Position numbers and translations under genes: made by a program. From NCBI GenBank assembly GCA_951406725.2, contig OX597819.1, positions 35,588,001 through 35,652,000 of the forward strand: a stretch of DNA of 64,000 nucleotides. The letters run 5' to 3'. This document shows positions 25,255-37,490 of this stretch, piece after piece (positions within the stretch are counted from its first letter, which is position 1; every line of letters starts with the position of its first letter). The notes beneath the pieces are model-generated. The model was given only the letters and a program-made list of their open reading frames with translations. It was not told the origin of the DNA and searched no databases. This stretch comes from Octopus vulgaris (taxonomy: Eukaryota).

Positions 25255-26077
25255 ATTATATATGCCTATGTGTCAAGACACCACCATCACCACTACCACC
25301 ACGATCATTACCACTGCTGCTGCAACCACCATCACCACCGCTGCTGATATCCACCACCACCGCTGCTGATATCCACCACCACCGCCACCACTGCCGCTGC
25401 TGCCGCCGCCACCATCTCCACCACCACCATCCTCCTTTTGTCATCATCATCATCATCATTGTCGTCGTCGTTGTTGTCGTCATCGTCATCATCGTTATCA
25501 CCATCATTATAATGCCCCCACCGTTCTCCTCTTTTTCTTCCTCCTCATCATCCATCTGTATGAAGACATTATTATTTATATAATCATCATCACAATTATT
25601 CAACAATATACTAAGACACCATCATCATCATCATCATCATCATCACCATTTACCTGTGTGACAAGACATCATCACCATTATTTTATTCATTCACCGATGA
25701 ATGAAGACATTAGCATCTTCAACATCACCATCACCATCATCACCATCATCATCACCATCATCCTATTAGCAACATCTCCTGTCCTGCAATAATATACATG
25801 TCAGTAAGGTTGGTAAACCGAAATTAGATAATTAGCAAAAGTTAAGTAGATAGGGAATCTTATTTACCACTGGAATGTATAAGACACTGTGTAGTTTATA
25901 TTATTTGTCAATGTATGCTGCCAAACACACACACACACACACATGCACACACACATGCACACATACATGCACACACACACGCACACACACACACACACAC
26001 TCACATCAGATGCATACACACAAACATTCACATACATATCTACATGCATAAGCTACACATACATAAAAATAAACACA

Positions 26078-26495
26078 GGTGCTGGAGTGGCTGTGTGGCA
26101 AGTAGCTTGCTTACCAACTACATGGTTCCGGGTTCAGTCCCACAGCATGGCACCTTGGGCAAGTGTCTTCCACTATAGCCTTGGGCCGACCAAAACTTTG
26201 TGAGTGGATTTGATAGACGGAAACTGAAAGAAGCCCGTCGTATATATATATGTATGTATATATATATATATGTGTGTGTATATGTTTGTGCATCTGTGTT
26301 TTTCCCCACAACATCGCTTGACAACTGATGCTGGTGTGTTTATGTCCCCGTAACTTAGCGGTTCGGCAAAAGAGCCAGATAGAATAAGTACTAGGCTTAC
26401 AAAGAATAAGTCCTGGGATTGATTTGCTTGACTAAAGGCGGTGCTCCAGCATGGCTGCAGTCAAATGACTGAAACAAGTAAAAGTGTAAAAGAGT
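26078..26495 (+). mobile_element. SINE family B, full length
   Basis: Head, core, internal (TA/TG)n and (GTAAAAGA) tail are all present. Confidence 0.9.
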
Positions 26496-27226
26496 ATACA
26501 TATATATATACACACCTTCTCAGTATAAATTTCTGTGAGTAAAACTTTTTCTTTAGCTCCCTACGATAATTGTTTACTTTTATTTGAGTTTACTCTCGAA
26601 GCATAGGTACTGCCCTTTGATAATCATGTTAGTATTTTCCTTATAGTATAGTTTCTTGATAACTTCTTTTTTAAACACACTGACACCACCCCCTAAAAAT
26701 TGCACCTACCTGTTAATAAATTGTAGTATTCCCTCGACTTTTACTAGCAGACCCTGTAGCCCTGATGGTAAATAATTATTTGCTAATAACATATTGGGCT
26801 TCTAGACTACTTGTCCAAGCCATATATTCTTTCCTTTTCCTTCTTCCTTTTGTTTATATTGTATGCTCTTGGTTGTCACTCTGATGAAGATCTGTTGCCT
26901 TAATTTGATTGGCCTGTGAAGATGAAGAATTTTATTCACGCATTTATGTATAGACTGCATTTTGGCAATCTGATCAGTAACAGCCCTAAGATATGTTGTG
27001 TCACCTATTTTGTTATGCCATGCCTTGTATTAAAAAATAAGCTATAAATATGGTCCAACTGATGTGTTGGTTAATCTATGGTTTTCTCCATTTTCTAATT
27101 ATTTGCATAGGTACATATATATATAGTTAATCCAAACATGAAAACACAAAGAGAAAACACAACAATGCAAGGACATAGAACAAATATAGCATTATTGGAC
27201 GCTCAGGAAGGAAGGGAAGAAGGACG

Positions 27227-27261
27227 GTTTTACGTTTCGAGCGGAGCTCTTCGTCAGAAAC
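27227..27261 (-). ncRNA. Minimal type I hammerhead ribozyme, intact core
   Basis: Minus strand GTTT-CTGACGA-A-GAGC(TCC)GCTC-GAAA-CG-TA-AAAC: stem I GTTT/AAAC, stem II GAGC/GCTC, palindromic stem III ACGT, GUA cleavage triplet. Confidence 0.85.
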
Positions 27262-27809
27262 ATAGGAAAAGGAAAGATCCAGAGAAGGAAAGACGGAGGA
27301 AAAAAATCGCCAACGGTACACACGTGGTCATCCAAAAACAGAACAAGAACATAATGGACGACAATGAAAACATATGGACAAATGGACGATACAAGGATGG
27401 ACAGGAAAACAGGACGGAACATTTGTGGCTTTCTATTCATCAGTCAGGATTCCAATTATCATTATGGCCTGTTACACTCGAGACTGTTCAAAATTGGTAG
27501 GCCCCAAAAATCTAAGCTAAGGGCATTAAATTTTTGGAAGAAAGTGGGCGAATATGTGTGACAACACAGAATACAAACAACAAGAATAACAAGGGGTGTC
27601 TTTTGACAAAAAGGACAAGTTAGATTAAGCTGGTGTGTGAAATGGAAGCCTTTTGGCAACAAACGTGGATGAAAATCAGGAGACAGGAAAATAAGGTGTT
27701 GTGCGAGTGGCGGTCAAGCAAAGGAAGATCATGCTTGGTTGAGCACCGGTTAGGTGGGAGTAACAGAGAATGGTGGGGAGCAGAGGGATTGAAGAATTAG
27801 GGTAGGAAC

Positions 27810-27861
<52 letters not shown>

Positions 27862-28233
27862 AGGAGAAAGAGGGAAAGGTACAAGGGAGATAACAAAGGA
27901 AAGTAGAGAGATTAAAGAAAGAAAATGTCAAGAAATGTGAGAGAGGGGGAGCAAGAAAAAGAAAAGAGGGAAGAAAGAAGAAAGTCGTTTAGTATTTAGA
28001 TATATAGAAGAGAAAAAAAGAGAGACGGACAGACAGAAAAAAAGGAAAATGTCCCTTGCATTTAAAGACTATGGAAATATTTTCAAAAACACATTTAATT
28101 TAATTTTTCCACAATTTAATTGCTTTTCATGCTTTACTCTGAGTAGAAAAAGTCGCAAAGATGGAAACCGGTACTAAAATGTTTTTCATGATAAAATTAT
28201 TTTAGCATTTTCTACCTTGTCTTAGTTTCCTTA

Positions 28234-28312
<79 letters not shown>

Positions 28313-28328
28313 ATATATATATATTATG

Positions 28329-28420
<92 letters not shown>

Positions 28421-29124
28421 AATTTCCCAGTTTTCTTTTTCTCATACATAATACACACACATATATATATATGTGTGTATATGTATGTATATGTATGTAT
28501 AAATATTTATATATATATATATGTGTGTGTGTGTGTATATATACTTTTATTTATATCTATATATATATCTGTATATATATTTTTATTAATATCAATCTAT
28601 ATATATATGTATATACATCTTTATTCATATCTATACATATGTATATAAACATAACCACACATATGTGTTTATGTATGCATGTGCATATGAGTGTGTGTGC
28701 GAGTGTGTGTATGTATGGTATATGTTCCTCTGTGCATGTGTATATACTCTGGAGCTGGATTACGACTAGACTGGCAGCGAGAAAGAGAGAGAGAGGGAGA
28801 GAGACAGAGAGTGTGGGGGAGAGAGGGGGAGAGAGGAAGAGAGAAAATATGAACCATAGATGTACCAGATGTTGAGGAGTAAGTACCAGCAGGTGCAGCC
28901 AATGAAATATAGCTCAAGAATTCCTCAGATGACTTGCTAGTTGTGGTAGGTTACAGTGCTTACCTATGAAATATAATTAGTATTGTATGCGGCTGTAGTG
29001 AAAGTAAAGTATCTAGGATAGAAAATAAGTAGAAGCGGCTTCAAGAAGCTGTTACATCTGTTGGCATAAAAAGTATACAGGTTTGTATACTTTTTGTGTG
29101 TGTATATATAATACATACATATTG

Positions 29125-29156
<32 letters not shown>

Positions 29157-29162
29157 ATATAT

Positions 29163-29325
29163 ACGACAGGCTTCTTTCAGTTTCCGTCTACCAAATCCAC
29201 TCACAAGGCATTGGTCGGCCCAGGGCTATAGCAGAAGACACTTGCCCAAGATGCCACGCAGTGGGACTGAACCCGGAACCATGTGGTTGGTAAGCAAGCT
29301 ACTTACCACACAGCCACTCCTGCGC

Positions 29326-29326
<1 letters not shown>
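29163..29326 (-). mobile_element. SINE family B, 5' half
   Basis: Reverse complement of the 13941 head and core. Confidence 0.9.
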
Positions 29327-29406
<80 letters not shown>

Positions 29407-29557
29407 TTAGAGGGAAACCACTATGTGGACACCCTTATGCTAGAAATAGATCCGCTATGGTCTCACCACTAAGAAATGCTCTCAAGAAAAATTTAGCAAA
29501 ACAAACCAAAATGTAATCGAGCAAGACAAAAGAAAAAGTAATAAAAATATGGATTAT

Positions 29558-29615
29558 TCGTATACAGGTTTCACCATCAACAAATTACGTAATTGTCCGA
29601 AGATCATCGGTACGA
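29558..29615 (-). ncRNA. Type I hammerhead ribozyme, variant (U4>C)
   Basis: Minus strand TCGTA-CCGATGA-[imperfect stem II]-GAAA-CCTG-TA-TACGA; perfect 5-bp stem I in the correct register. Confidence 0.65.
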
Positions 29616-29664
29616 CCGTCCATGGTGAATATAATTTGTAGGACTGCATACTAAGACGTCCGCG

Positions 29665-29695
<31 letters not shown>

Positions 29696-30057
29696 TTATA
29701 TATATGTATGTATGTAAATACTTTCACATACACCACCTCCCCCAATCACATACACATATATTGATATGTATATATCTATATATATATATTAATATGTTGG
29801 GAAGACTGTCTCTCTCCTAGAAGACAGAGATAGTCTGACATAAGACTTGCAGTCAAAATACTACCAGATATTCTGCAATGCTTGTCACTGGAACCTACTA
29901 CGGTGACTGAGAGAGTGGCAAAAGTGTTACACAAGTTTTTGTCGTTTAAATTCAGTAATGTACTGATGCTTGACCAATTGAAACAATCAAGATCACTGTG
30001 AGATGGCTATCATTTGAGAAGATGAGACAATCGTCATGATGATGATGATATATATAT

Positions 30058-30297
30058 GTTTCTTTATTACCAACAAGGGGCTAAACATAGAGGGGACAAA
30101 CAAGGACAGACAAACGAATTAAGTCGATTACATCGGCTCCAATGCGTAACTGGTACTTAATTTGTAACTGGTACTTAATTTATCGACCCTGAAAGGATGA
30201 AAGGCAAAGTTGACCTCAGTGGAATTTGAACTCAGAACATAATGGCAGACGAAATACGGCTACACATTTCGCCCGGCATGCTAACGGTTCTGCCAAC
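30058..30297 (-). mobile_element. SINE family A
   Basis: Reverse complement match to 22251-22480. Confidence 0.9.
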
Positions 30298-30330
30298 ATG
30301 CATACATACATACATACATACATACATACA

Positions 30331-30364
<34 letters not shown>

Positions 30365-30575
30365 AATAAATATAAATAAATATATATATATATATACACA
30401 CACATATATATATAATTCCAAGATAGTTAGAGGTTGTGAATCCAACCAACTAAGGGATAATATCTAACCAATATACAGCTGGTAGAATACCCAATTATTA
30501 ATACACAAGTGTTTTTTCATTGCATGGCAATTACACTACTGAATGTAATAAATGGGTGAGGGCAAAATGTTGTTT

Positions 30576-30940
30576 TATGGCAATAAGAAAATGGAGGGGA
30601 TCAAGAGGTGGTATTCATCAGCTTTTAGACATTATATTATGTCTATTTTTTTATTTTTTTAAAAATACAATTATAACAATATACATACATGTATAACATT
30701 ATGCTTTACAAATATAAAAATACCAGTAATTATTAAAATATATAACGTATCTACTTTCTATGGTCTACGTTATATATTTTAATAATTACTGGTATTTTTA
30801 TATATGTAAATCATAATATGTTATACATGTATCTATATTGTTATAATTGTATTTTAAAAAAATTAAAAAATAGACATAATATAATGTCTAAAAGCTGATG
30901 AATACCACCTCTTGATCCCCTCCATTTTCTTATTGCCATA
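30576..30940. repeat. Near-perfect ~174-bp-arm palindrome with a 16-nt spacer
   Basis: 30576-30749 is the reverse complement of 30766-30940 with few mismatches. Confidence 0.95.
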
Positions 30941-30962
30941 TATATATATGTATATATATACA

Positions 30963-31158
30963 TGCAGGTGGCATGTAAAAAGCACCCACTACACTCTCAG
31001 AGTTGTTGGCGTTAGGAAGGGCATCCAGCTGTAGAAACTCTGCCAGATCAAGACTGGAGCCTGGTGCAGCCATCTGGTTCACCAGCCCACAGTCAAACCG
31101 TCCAACCCATGCTAGCCTGGAAAGCGGACGTTAAACGACAATGATGATGATGATGATG
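30963..31158 (+). mobile_element. SINE family C
   Basis: Family motifs and (GAT)n tail. Confidence 0.88.
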
Positions 31159-31671
31159 AATTAATTTTTTACTTTTAACTAGAACTTTTTTTTTAAAAGA
31201 AAACAAAGCAATAAAAGAATAAAAGTTCAAAGGATTGTACCCAGCAGCCTATAAGGCCCAGCAACTAGCTTTTCCTTTCATCGATGATTAAGCTGGGTTA
31301 CTGACACCCACCTCTCTCATCACATCCTTCCATCGTTCCTCATATAAACTCGGTGGCAGGGTCTTACTCTCCAACCCATCTTGCTCTTCAGATAATATCT
31401 GAAGTAGGAGAGTAACAGGAACCCACTCCAGCTTGCAATATATAGAAAATAAAGTGGCCATTGGTCACTGATCTTGCAACAGGCAAAGTGGCCAGTTAGA
31501 AAATCTCAATAAGAGATGAAAATAGTAACTATACAGACAAGTTATGTTTATCACCACATCAACATGGCTATTTGATGTTACTACCATTTTAACCTCAGGC
31601 AGATCTTCCACCAGCAGGTTATAGGTGCAGTCTGCATCCTGTATATATTGCATGTATATATATATATAATG

Positions 31672-31894
31672 TGGTGAGCTGGCAGAAACATTAGCACGCC
31701 GGGTGAAATGCTTAGTGGTATTTCGTCTGCTGTTATGTTCTGAGTTCAAATTCCGCCGAGGTTGACTTTGCCTTTCATCCTTTCAGGGTCGATTAAATAA
31801 GTACCAGTTACGCACTGGGGTCGATATAATCGACTTAATCCGTTTGTCCTTGTTTGTCCTCTCTGTGTTTAGCCCCTTGTGGGTAGTAAAGAAA
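31672..31894 (+). mobile_element. SINE family A
   Basis: Full-length family match. Confidence 0.92.
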
Positions 31895-31954
31895 TACGTA
31901 TATATTGCAAGTAGGGGAAAAAAATCCCTACCATCCTCCAGCAGACGATGGGCT

Positions 31955-31996
31955 CACGAGACCGAATCGGTTTCAGGCTGCTTGTGCCCATCTTCA
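31955..31996 (-). ncRNA. Type I hammerhead ribozyme, 5'-truncated by (TA)n
   Basis: Minus strand (TA)n-TGAAGA-T-GGGC(ACAAGCA)GCCT-GAAA-CCG(ATT)CGG-TC; C3 and the 5' arm of stem I are replaced by the microsatellite. Confidence 0.7.
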
Positions 31997-32200
31997 TATA
32001 TATATGTTTTTTGTTGGCTGTTTGGAAAAACACTACTCGATACCATAAAAATGATTAATAATATTTTATGTGGGTGCATAGGATCTTGCCTGAAGAGTCT
32101 TTGCACACACTTGCTGGGTACTCGCTGTTAACCCTACATGAGCACCCTGTCTTTGTGTGGGGTTTAGGGACTTGCACATATGTATGCACTCATACATGCA

Positions 32201-32232
<32 letters not shown>

Positions 32233-32664
32233 TACACTTACACACGCATACACACACACGCACACATGCATACACACACACGCACACATGCATACACACA
32301 CTTAAATATTTGTTTCACATTTTAGCACAAGGGACCAACTATTTTGGGGGAGGGCTAAGTTGATTACATTGAGCTAAAATTTTAATCAAGCTGTTTTTGC
32401 TCAATCAGCCTTCCATGCCTTGAAATTCTTCAATTCTTCGGATGTCTATCCTATATATGCTTCTTTTATTATTGTTAACATGCATCTTCATTGATAAATG
32501 TTGGATAATATTCTATCATAATATTCTATCATATATTCTATCATATAACTAATACATAAAGAGGTTGATTGCATTGTCAGAATGACTTGACTATGTTTCT
32601 CATGTGTCAGAATTGATCTCTTATATTTACTGACATTCCATCATATTTAAACAAGAACAATTAA

Positions 32665-32884
32665 CCCTTTAGCATTAAAATTGGCCATATCCAGTCAAAA
32701 TATTCTACTTGCTTTAAGTTCAAAATAACCAGACCCAGCCTCTCACATCTACCTTACAATGTCATTCTTAAAATAGACAATAACATCATCAAAATCTTGA
32801 AACTATGAGATAATACATGATTCATTCAAAACAATATGAATAAATAAGCATTACATTTGATAGAGTAATATGAATGCCAAAGGG
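32665..32884. mobile_element. piggyBac-like MITE
   Basis: TTAA-CCCTTTAGCATT ... AATGCCAAAGGG-TTAA. Confidence 0.82.
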
Positions 32885-32933
32885 TTAATTACGAATTTAG
32901 TCACTGTCTAGTTATTGCAGATGAATGCCTTAA

Positions 32934-33173
32934 ACCTTTCACTGTGAAATTAAATTTCATGGTTATTCTAGTATTGATGTTAAATATCTCTTTAGAAATA
33001 GAACTTGTATTTTCAGAAGTTATATTGCCTTGGATAAATTTGAGATATCTCTGCAAAAAATAATTTCAGACCTGACATTTCTCAACAAAGATAGACTGGT
33101 ATAAAAAAATGCTTTCTGTCATCAAGGATAATTAAATTTTGAGTGGATGCATCTGCTCACAGCATTAAAAGGG
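32934..33173. mobile_element. Second piggyBac-like MITE, degenerate
   Basis: TTAA-ACCTTT ... AAAGGG-TTAA. Confidence 0.5.
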
Positions 33174-33384
33174 TTAATTATGGAATTCCATGCATATAAC
33201 GTCAATAGTACTATGTCTGAGTTGTGCAATAGTTACTGACTTACATTTTTATGCTGAGATCTAGAAATATTTGAATGAATAAATTTGTTTAACCCTAGGC
33301 TTATATCTGACTGAGTTGAACTATAACCAAGGACATTTAAGTCATAACCATCTTGTCTATTTTTAATGTAAGATTACTTTACTT

Positions 33385-33672
33385 TTTACTCTTTACTCTT
33401 TTACTTGTTTCAGTCATTTGACTGTGGCCATGCTGGAGCACCGCCTTTAGTCAAGCAAATCGACCCCGGGACTTATTCTTTGTAAGCCTAGTACTTATTC
33501 TATCAGGCTCTTTTGCTGAACCGCTAAGTAACGGAGACGTAAACACACCAGCATCGGTTGTCAAGTGATGTTGGGGGGGAGGACAAACACAGACACACAA
33601 ACATACACACACACACACACAGACACACACACACACACACAGACACACACACACACACATACACACACACAT

Positions 33673-33737
<65 letters not shown>

Positions 33738-33903
33738 TACGACGGGCTTCTTTCAGTTTCCGTGTACCAAATCCACTCACAAGGCCTTGGTTGGCCCGAG
33801 GCTATGGTAGAAGACACTTGCCCAAGGTGCCATGCAGTGGGACTGAACCTGGAACCATGTGGTTGGTAAGCAAGCCACTTACCACACAGCCACTCCTATG
33901 CCT
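33385..33903 (-). mobile_element. SINE family B, full length
   Basis: Family motifs, with an expanded internal microsatellite. Confidence 0.92.
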
Positions 33904-34696
33904 ATTGAACCAATATGTCTTTTTTTTAAGATGGTAGGATGAGCCTAAATGGTACAATGATTATAGTTAACACTGGAAGCTTGAAAAGCTACAATATGAA
34001 TCTGAAATATGAGAATCAAAAGTATTGGATAAATTCTTGTGGAAAATATAAAGAGCCCAGCATAAAGCTAGGTTTGATCTACTCAAAAATGATGGAAGTC
34101 ACTACTGCAACATCCGCAACTGGATCTGAAATCTCACGTGAAATGACACAACAAGATATTGAAGAAAGAACACCATACAGCTGTGACTTGCTGAATTCTC
34201 ATTCATTGAAATGATGGGAGAGACCAGTACAGGGGTTGCTCAGACAGAGTAAATAACTCTGAGTAACATTGAACTCTTGAAGATGTTTAACATTTGATTT
34301 CTTCCTGTTAACATTGTTGGAATTTGAGTAAGGGTGACTGTTATTTTCATTTATAATTTTGTTTGTACCATATTGTATTTAGTTCAACTGTCATCAGTGG
34401 ATTGTATTGATCACATGAGCTGCACATCTGATGTATCTCATCTCCATGCAATAGCAAAATCAATTAGATGCCAATACCTTCAACAGAGATGCATCCATGC
34501 AGTTTCATGTTTGATATTTTGGCAGGAAATAGTGTTAGTTATGATGAATTCAAACTCTGGATAAAGTTGCAGAAGTTACAGGTTACAGTCCATTTGTGTT
34601 GCAGCCATCTAAACCATGCTTTCTGATGATATCTGCCCATAATTCAAAATTCCTTCCAACACAAGCATTAAAGTTCCCAAATAGTTGGGTTTTGGA

Positions 34697-35010
34697 CTCC
34701 CATTAGTCATGAATGACGATGGGATTGCACCTAGAATGTTCCCCTCCAAGGTATAAGTCCAGGCAAGGTTGTTTATGGAAGACCAGCAGTTGCCCATGCA
34801 TACTCTCCATGCCACCGATGTTATCCAAGGGAAAAGCAAAGGCCGATATAGCTTGGCACCTGTGACGTCACAACTCATTTCTACAGCTGAGTGAACTGGA
34901 GCAATGTAAAATAAAGTGTCTTGCTCAAAAACTCAACATACAACTTGGTCTGGGAATTGAACTCATAACCTCACAATTGCGAGCCCGACACTCTAACCGC
35001 TGAGCCATGC
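34697..35010 (-). mobile_element. SINE family D (tRNA head)
   Basis: Reverse complement match to 55138-55479. Confidence 0.85.
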
Positions 35011-35335
35011 ATATCATCCAGATTAATAGATCATAGAACTACCTGCTGTGATTTATAAAAAAACATCTGTGATTTCTTTATCAACCAATTTCGGTAACAT
35101 TGATAAACTGATTATTAAAGAGAATTATTCAAAGATCGATAAGATGTTTATTTTACAGAAACTGATAAAATATTGAATTTCTACACCAAAAGTGATTTTT
35201 ATGGAAAATTCACTCCAGTTCACCAACAAATCTTTCTTTCCAAAAGCTGTAACTTCTGCCATTCTTACTTAGGTTATTCCGGTTACTTTGTGCTGCAATG
35301 TCAACACGAGAATGTTAAAATTTCAAAGCTCACAT

Positions 35336-35750
35336 ACTCTCTTTTACTCTTTTACTTGTTTCAGTCATTTGACTGTGGCCATGCTGGAGCACCGCCTTTT
35401 AATTGAGCAACTCGACCATGGGACTTATTCTTTGTAAGCCCAGCACTTATTCTATCGGTCTCTTTTGCTGAACCGCTAAGTGACGGGGACATAAACACAC
35501 CAGCATCGGTTGTCAAGCGATGGTGGGGGGACAAACACAGACATACAAACATACATGCACACGCACATACATATATATATATATATACATATATACGACA
35601 GGCTTCTTTCAGTTTCCGTCTACCAAATCCACTCACAAGGCTTTGGTCAGCCCGAGGCTATAGTAGAAGACACTTGCCCAAGGTGCCACACAGTGGGACT
35701 GAACCCGGAACCATGTGGTTGGTAAACAAGCTACTTACCACACGGCCACT
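35336..35750 (-). mobile_element. SINE family B inserted in a duplicated segment
   Basis: Family motifs; its flanks are contiguous in the second copy at 38671-38938. Confidence 0.92.
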
Positions 35751-36199
35751 CATCTTTTTGTAAGAATTAACAACAAATGCACAGAATACAAAACAGAGCA
35801 ATTTGGATCATCACATATTGCTTACAAAACTAGAATAATGAAAATATAAGGGAAACTGGGCATTTGCTGGGTTCCGTCTGTTGCTGTAAGATGCCTCAGG
35901 TGAATGCAGCAAGTTCCTGTTCCCAATATCCTTCTCTCTACATGTCTATTTATTCCTCAGAACTCTGTTACAATCATAAAAGCTAGAACAGTGTTCTTTC
36001 TACTGAACATGGACAAATGCAAAGATTACAAACTAGTTGTGACAGTAGCAATGCCAGTTGCAGTAATGGTATGAGGAGAGCTACAGTACGGTCGTTGGTT
36101 TTTAAAACCTCTACTTGAATGCACAACACCACATCACTACATTGCCCTGTCACACCACTAGACCTCCACAGCCACATTGCCTTATGCTGGTGTGACCAC

Positions 36200-36640
36200 C
36201 ACCACTTCCACCCTATCCCACCCCCACCTCCCACCACTTCCAGTGCCACTTCCACCACCACTTCCACCACCACCACCACCACTTCCACCCCATCCCCCCA
36301 CCAGTTCCACCTCCACCACTTCCAGCTCCACTTCTACTGCCACTTCCACCACCACTTCCACCGCCGCTTCCACCACCACTTCCACCGCCACTTCCACCAC
36401 CACTTCCACCGCCACTTCTACCGCCACTTCTACCGCCACTTCCACCGCCACTTCCACTGCCACTTCAACCACCACTTCCACCGCCACTTCCACTGCCACT
36501 TCCACCGCCACTTCGACCACCACTTCGACCACCACTTCGACCACCACTTCGACCACTGCCACCTCCATTGCTGCCACAACTGCTACCACCACTGTTGCCA
36601 TCTCCACCACTGCTGCTGCTACTCCCACCACCACCATACC
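36200..36640. repeat. 12-bp minisatellite (CACTTCCACCGC-like) in a C/A-rich tract
   Basis: Tandem 12-mers, most regular at about 36335-36560. Confidence 0.9.
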
Positions 36641-37046
36641 ATTGCACAACTGTGAGCAACAGGATGACGTTTCTGTCTCCACCAGCACCACCACTACCAC
36701 CACTGCTATCACACCACAACCAAACTCCACTAACACCCCACCATTAAACACTATCACCTCCAACAGCACTGCTGCCATCACTGACATTACTGTTAATGCC
36801 ATGATTATATCCACCACCATCCACCCACACACAGCATACCATGACACACTACCACTACTATCATCACCAACAGCACCACTACATACCACCATACACCCAC
36901 AACACTACCATCATACTACACGATCACTTCACCATACTCCTAACACTACCACTCTCTCAAGTACTACACTGCCATCACCAATCCCATCATTACCATAATG
37001 CTGTAAACTTTTACCACTGATAATATTGTTCTTATATTGTGATATA

Positions 37047-37224
37047 GGTGCAGGAGTGGCTGTGTAGTAGCTGGCTTACGAACCACATGGTTCTGGGTTC
37101 AGTCCCACTGCATGGCACCTTGGGTAAGTGTCTTCTGCTATAGTCTTGGGCCAACCAAAACCTTGTGAGTGGATTTGGTAGACAGAAACTGAAAGGAGCC
37201 CATTGTGGTATATGTTATATGTTT

Positions 37225-37297
<73 letters not shown>

Positions 37298-37490
37298 TGT
37301 GTATGTATATGTTTGTGTGTCTGTGTTTGTCCTGCCACCATTGCTTGACAACCAATGTTGGTGTGTTTATGTCCCCGTAACTTAGCAGTTCAACAAAAGA
37401 AACCAATAGAATAAGTACTAGGTTTACAAAGAATAAGTCCTTGAGTCGATTTCTTCAACTAAAGGTGGTGAGACAAATAAAAGAATACAT
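37047..37490 (+). mobile_element. SINE family B, followed by an AT-rich minisatellite to about 37795
   Basis: Family motifs; AAAGATACATATAAAAATAT-like units downstream. Confidence 0.85.

Noticed and set aside
28135-28185. GAAACCGGTA preceded by CTGAGTAGA, hammerhead-like
   Set aside because: The 5' core is not CUGANGA and stems I and II do not pair convincingly.
28958-28980. Minus-strand CTAAT...TTTCATAG|GTAAGC resembling a recursive splice site
   Set aside because: AGGTAAG occurs several times in the window (e.g. near 2249, 17777, 56385, 57752) and the pyrimidine tract is weak; not distinguishable from chance without RNA data.
33939-34214. Non-repetitive ORFs as possible host exons (also 47723-47926 and about 57400-57575 on the minus strand)
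   Set aside because: No recognisable domain and no convincing splice-site pairs; cannot be supported from sequence alone.
36177-36998. 273-aa Thr/Ser-rich mucin-like ORF
   Set aside because: It derives from a 12-bp minisatellite and C/A-rich tract that is stop-free in several frames; no signal peptide or convincing splice sites.
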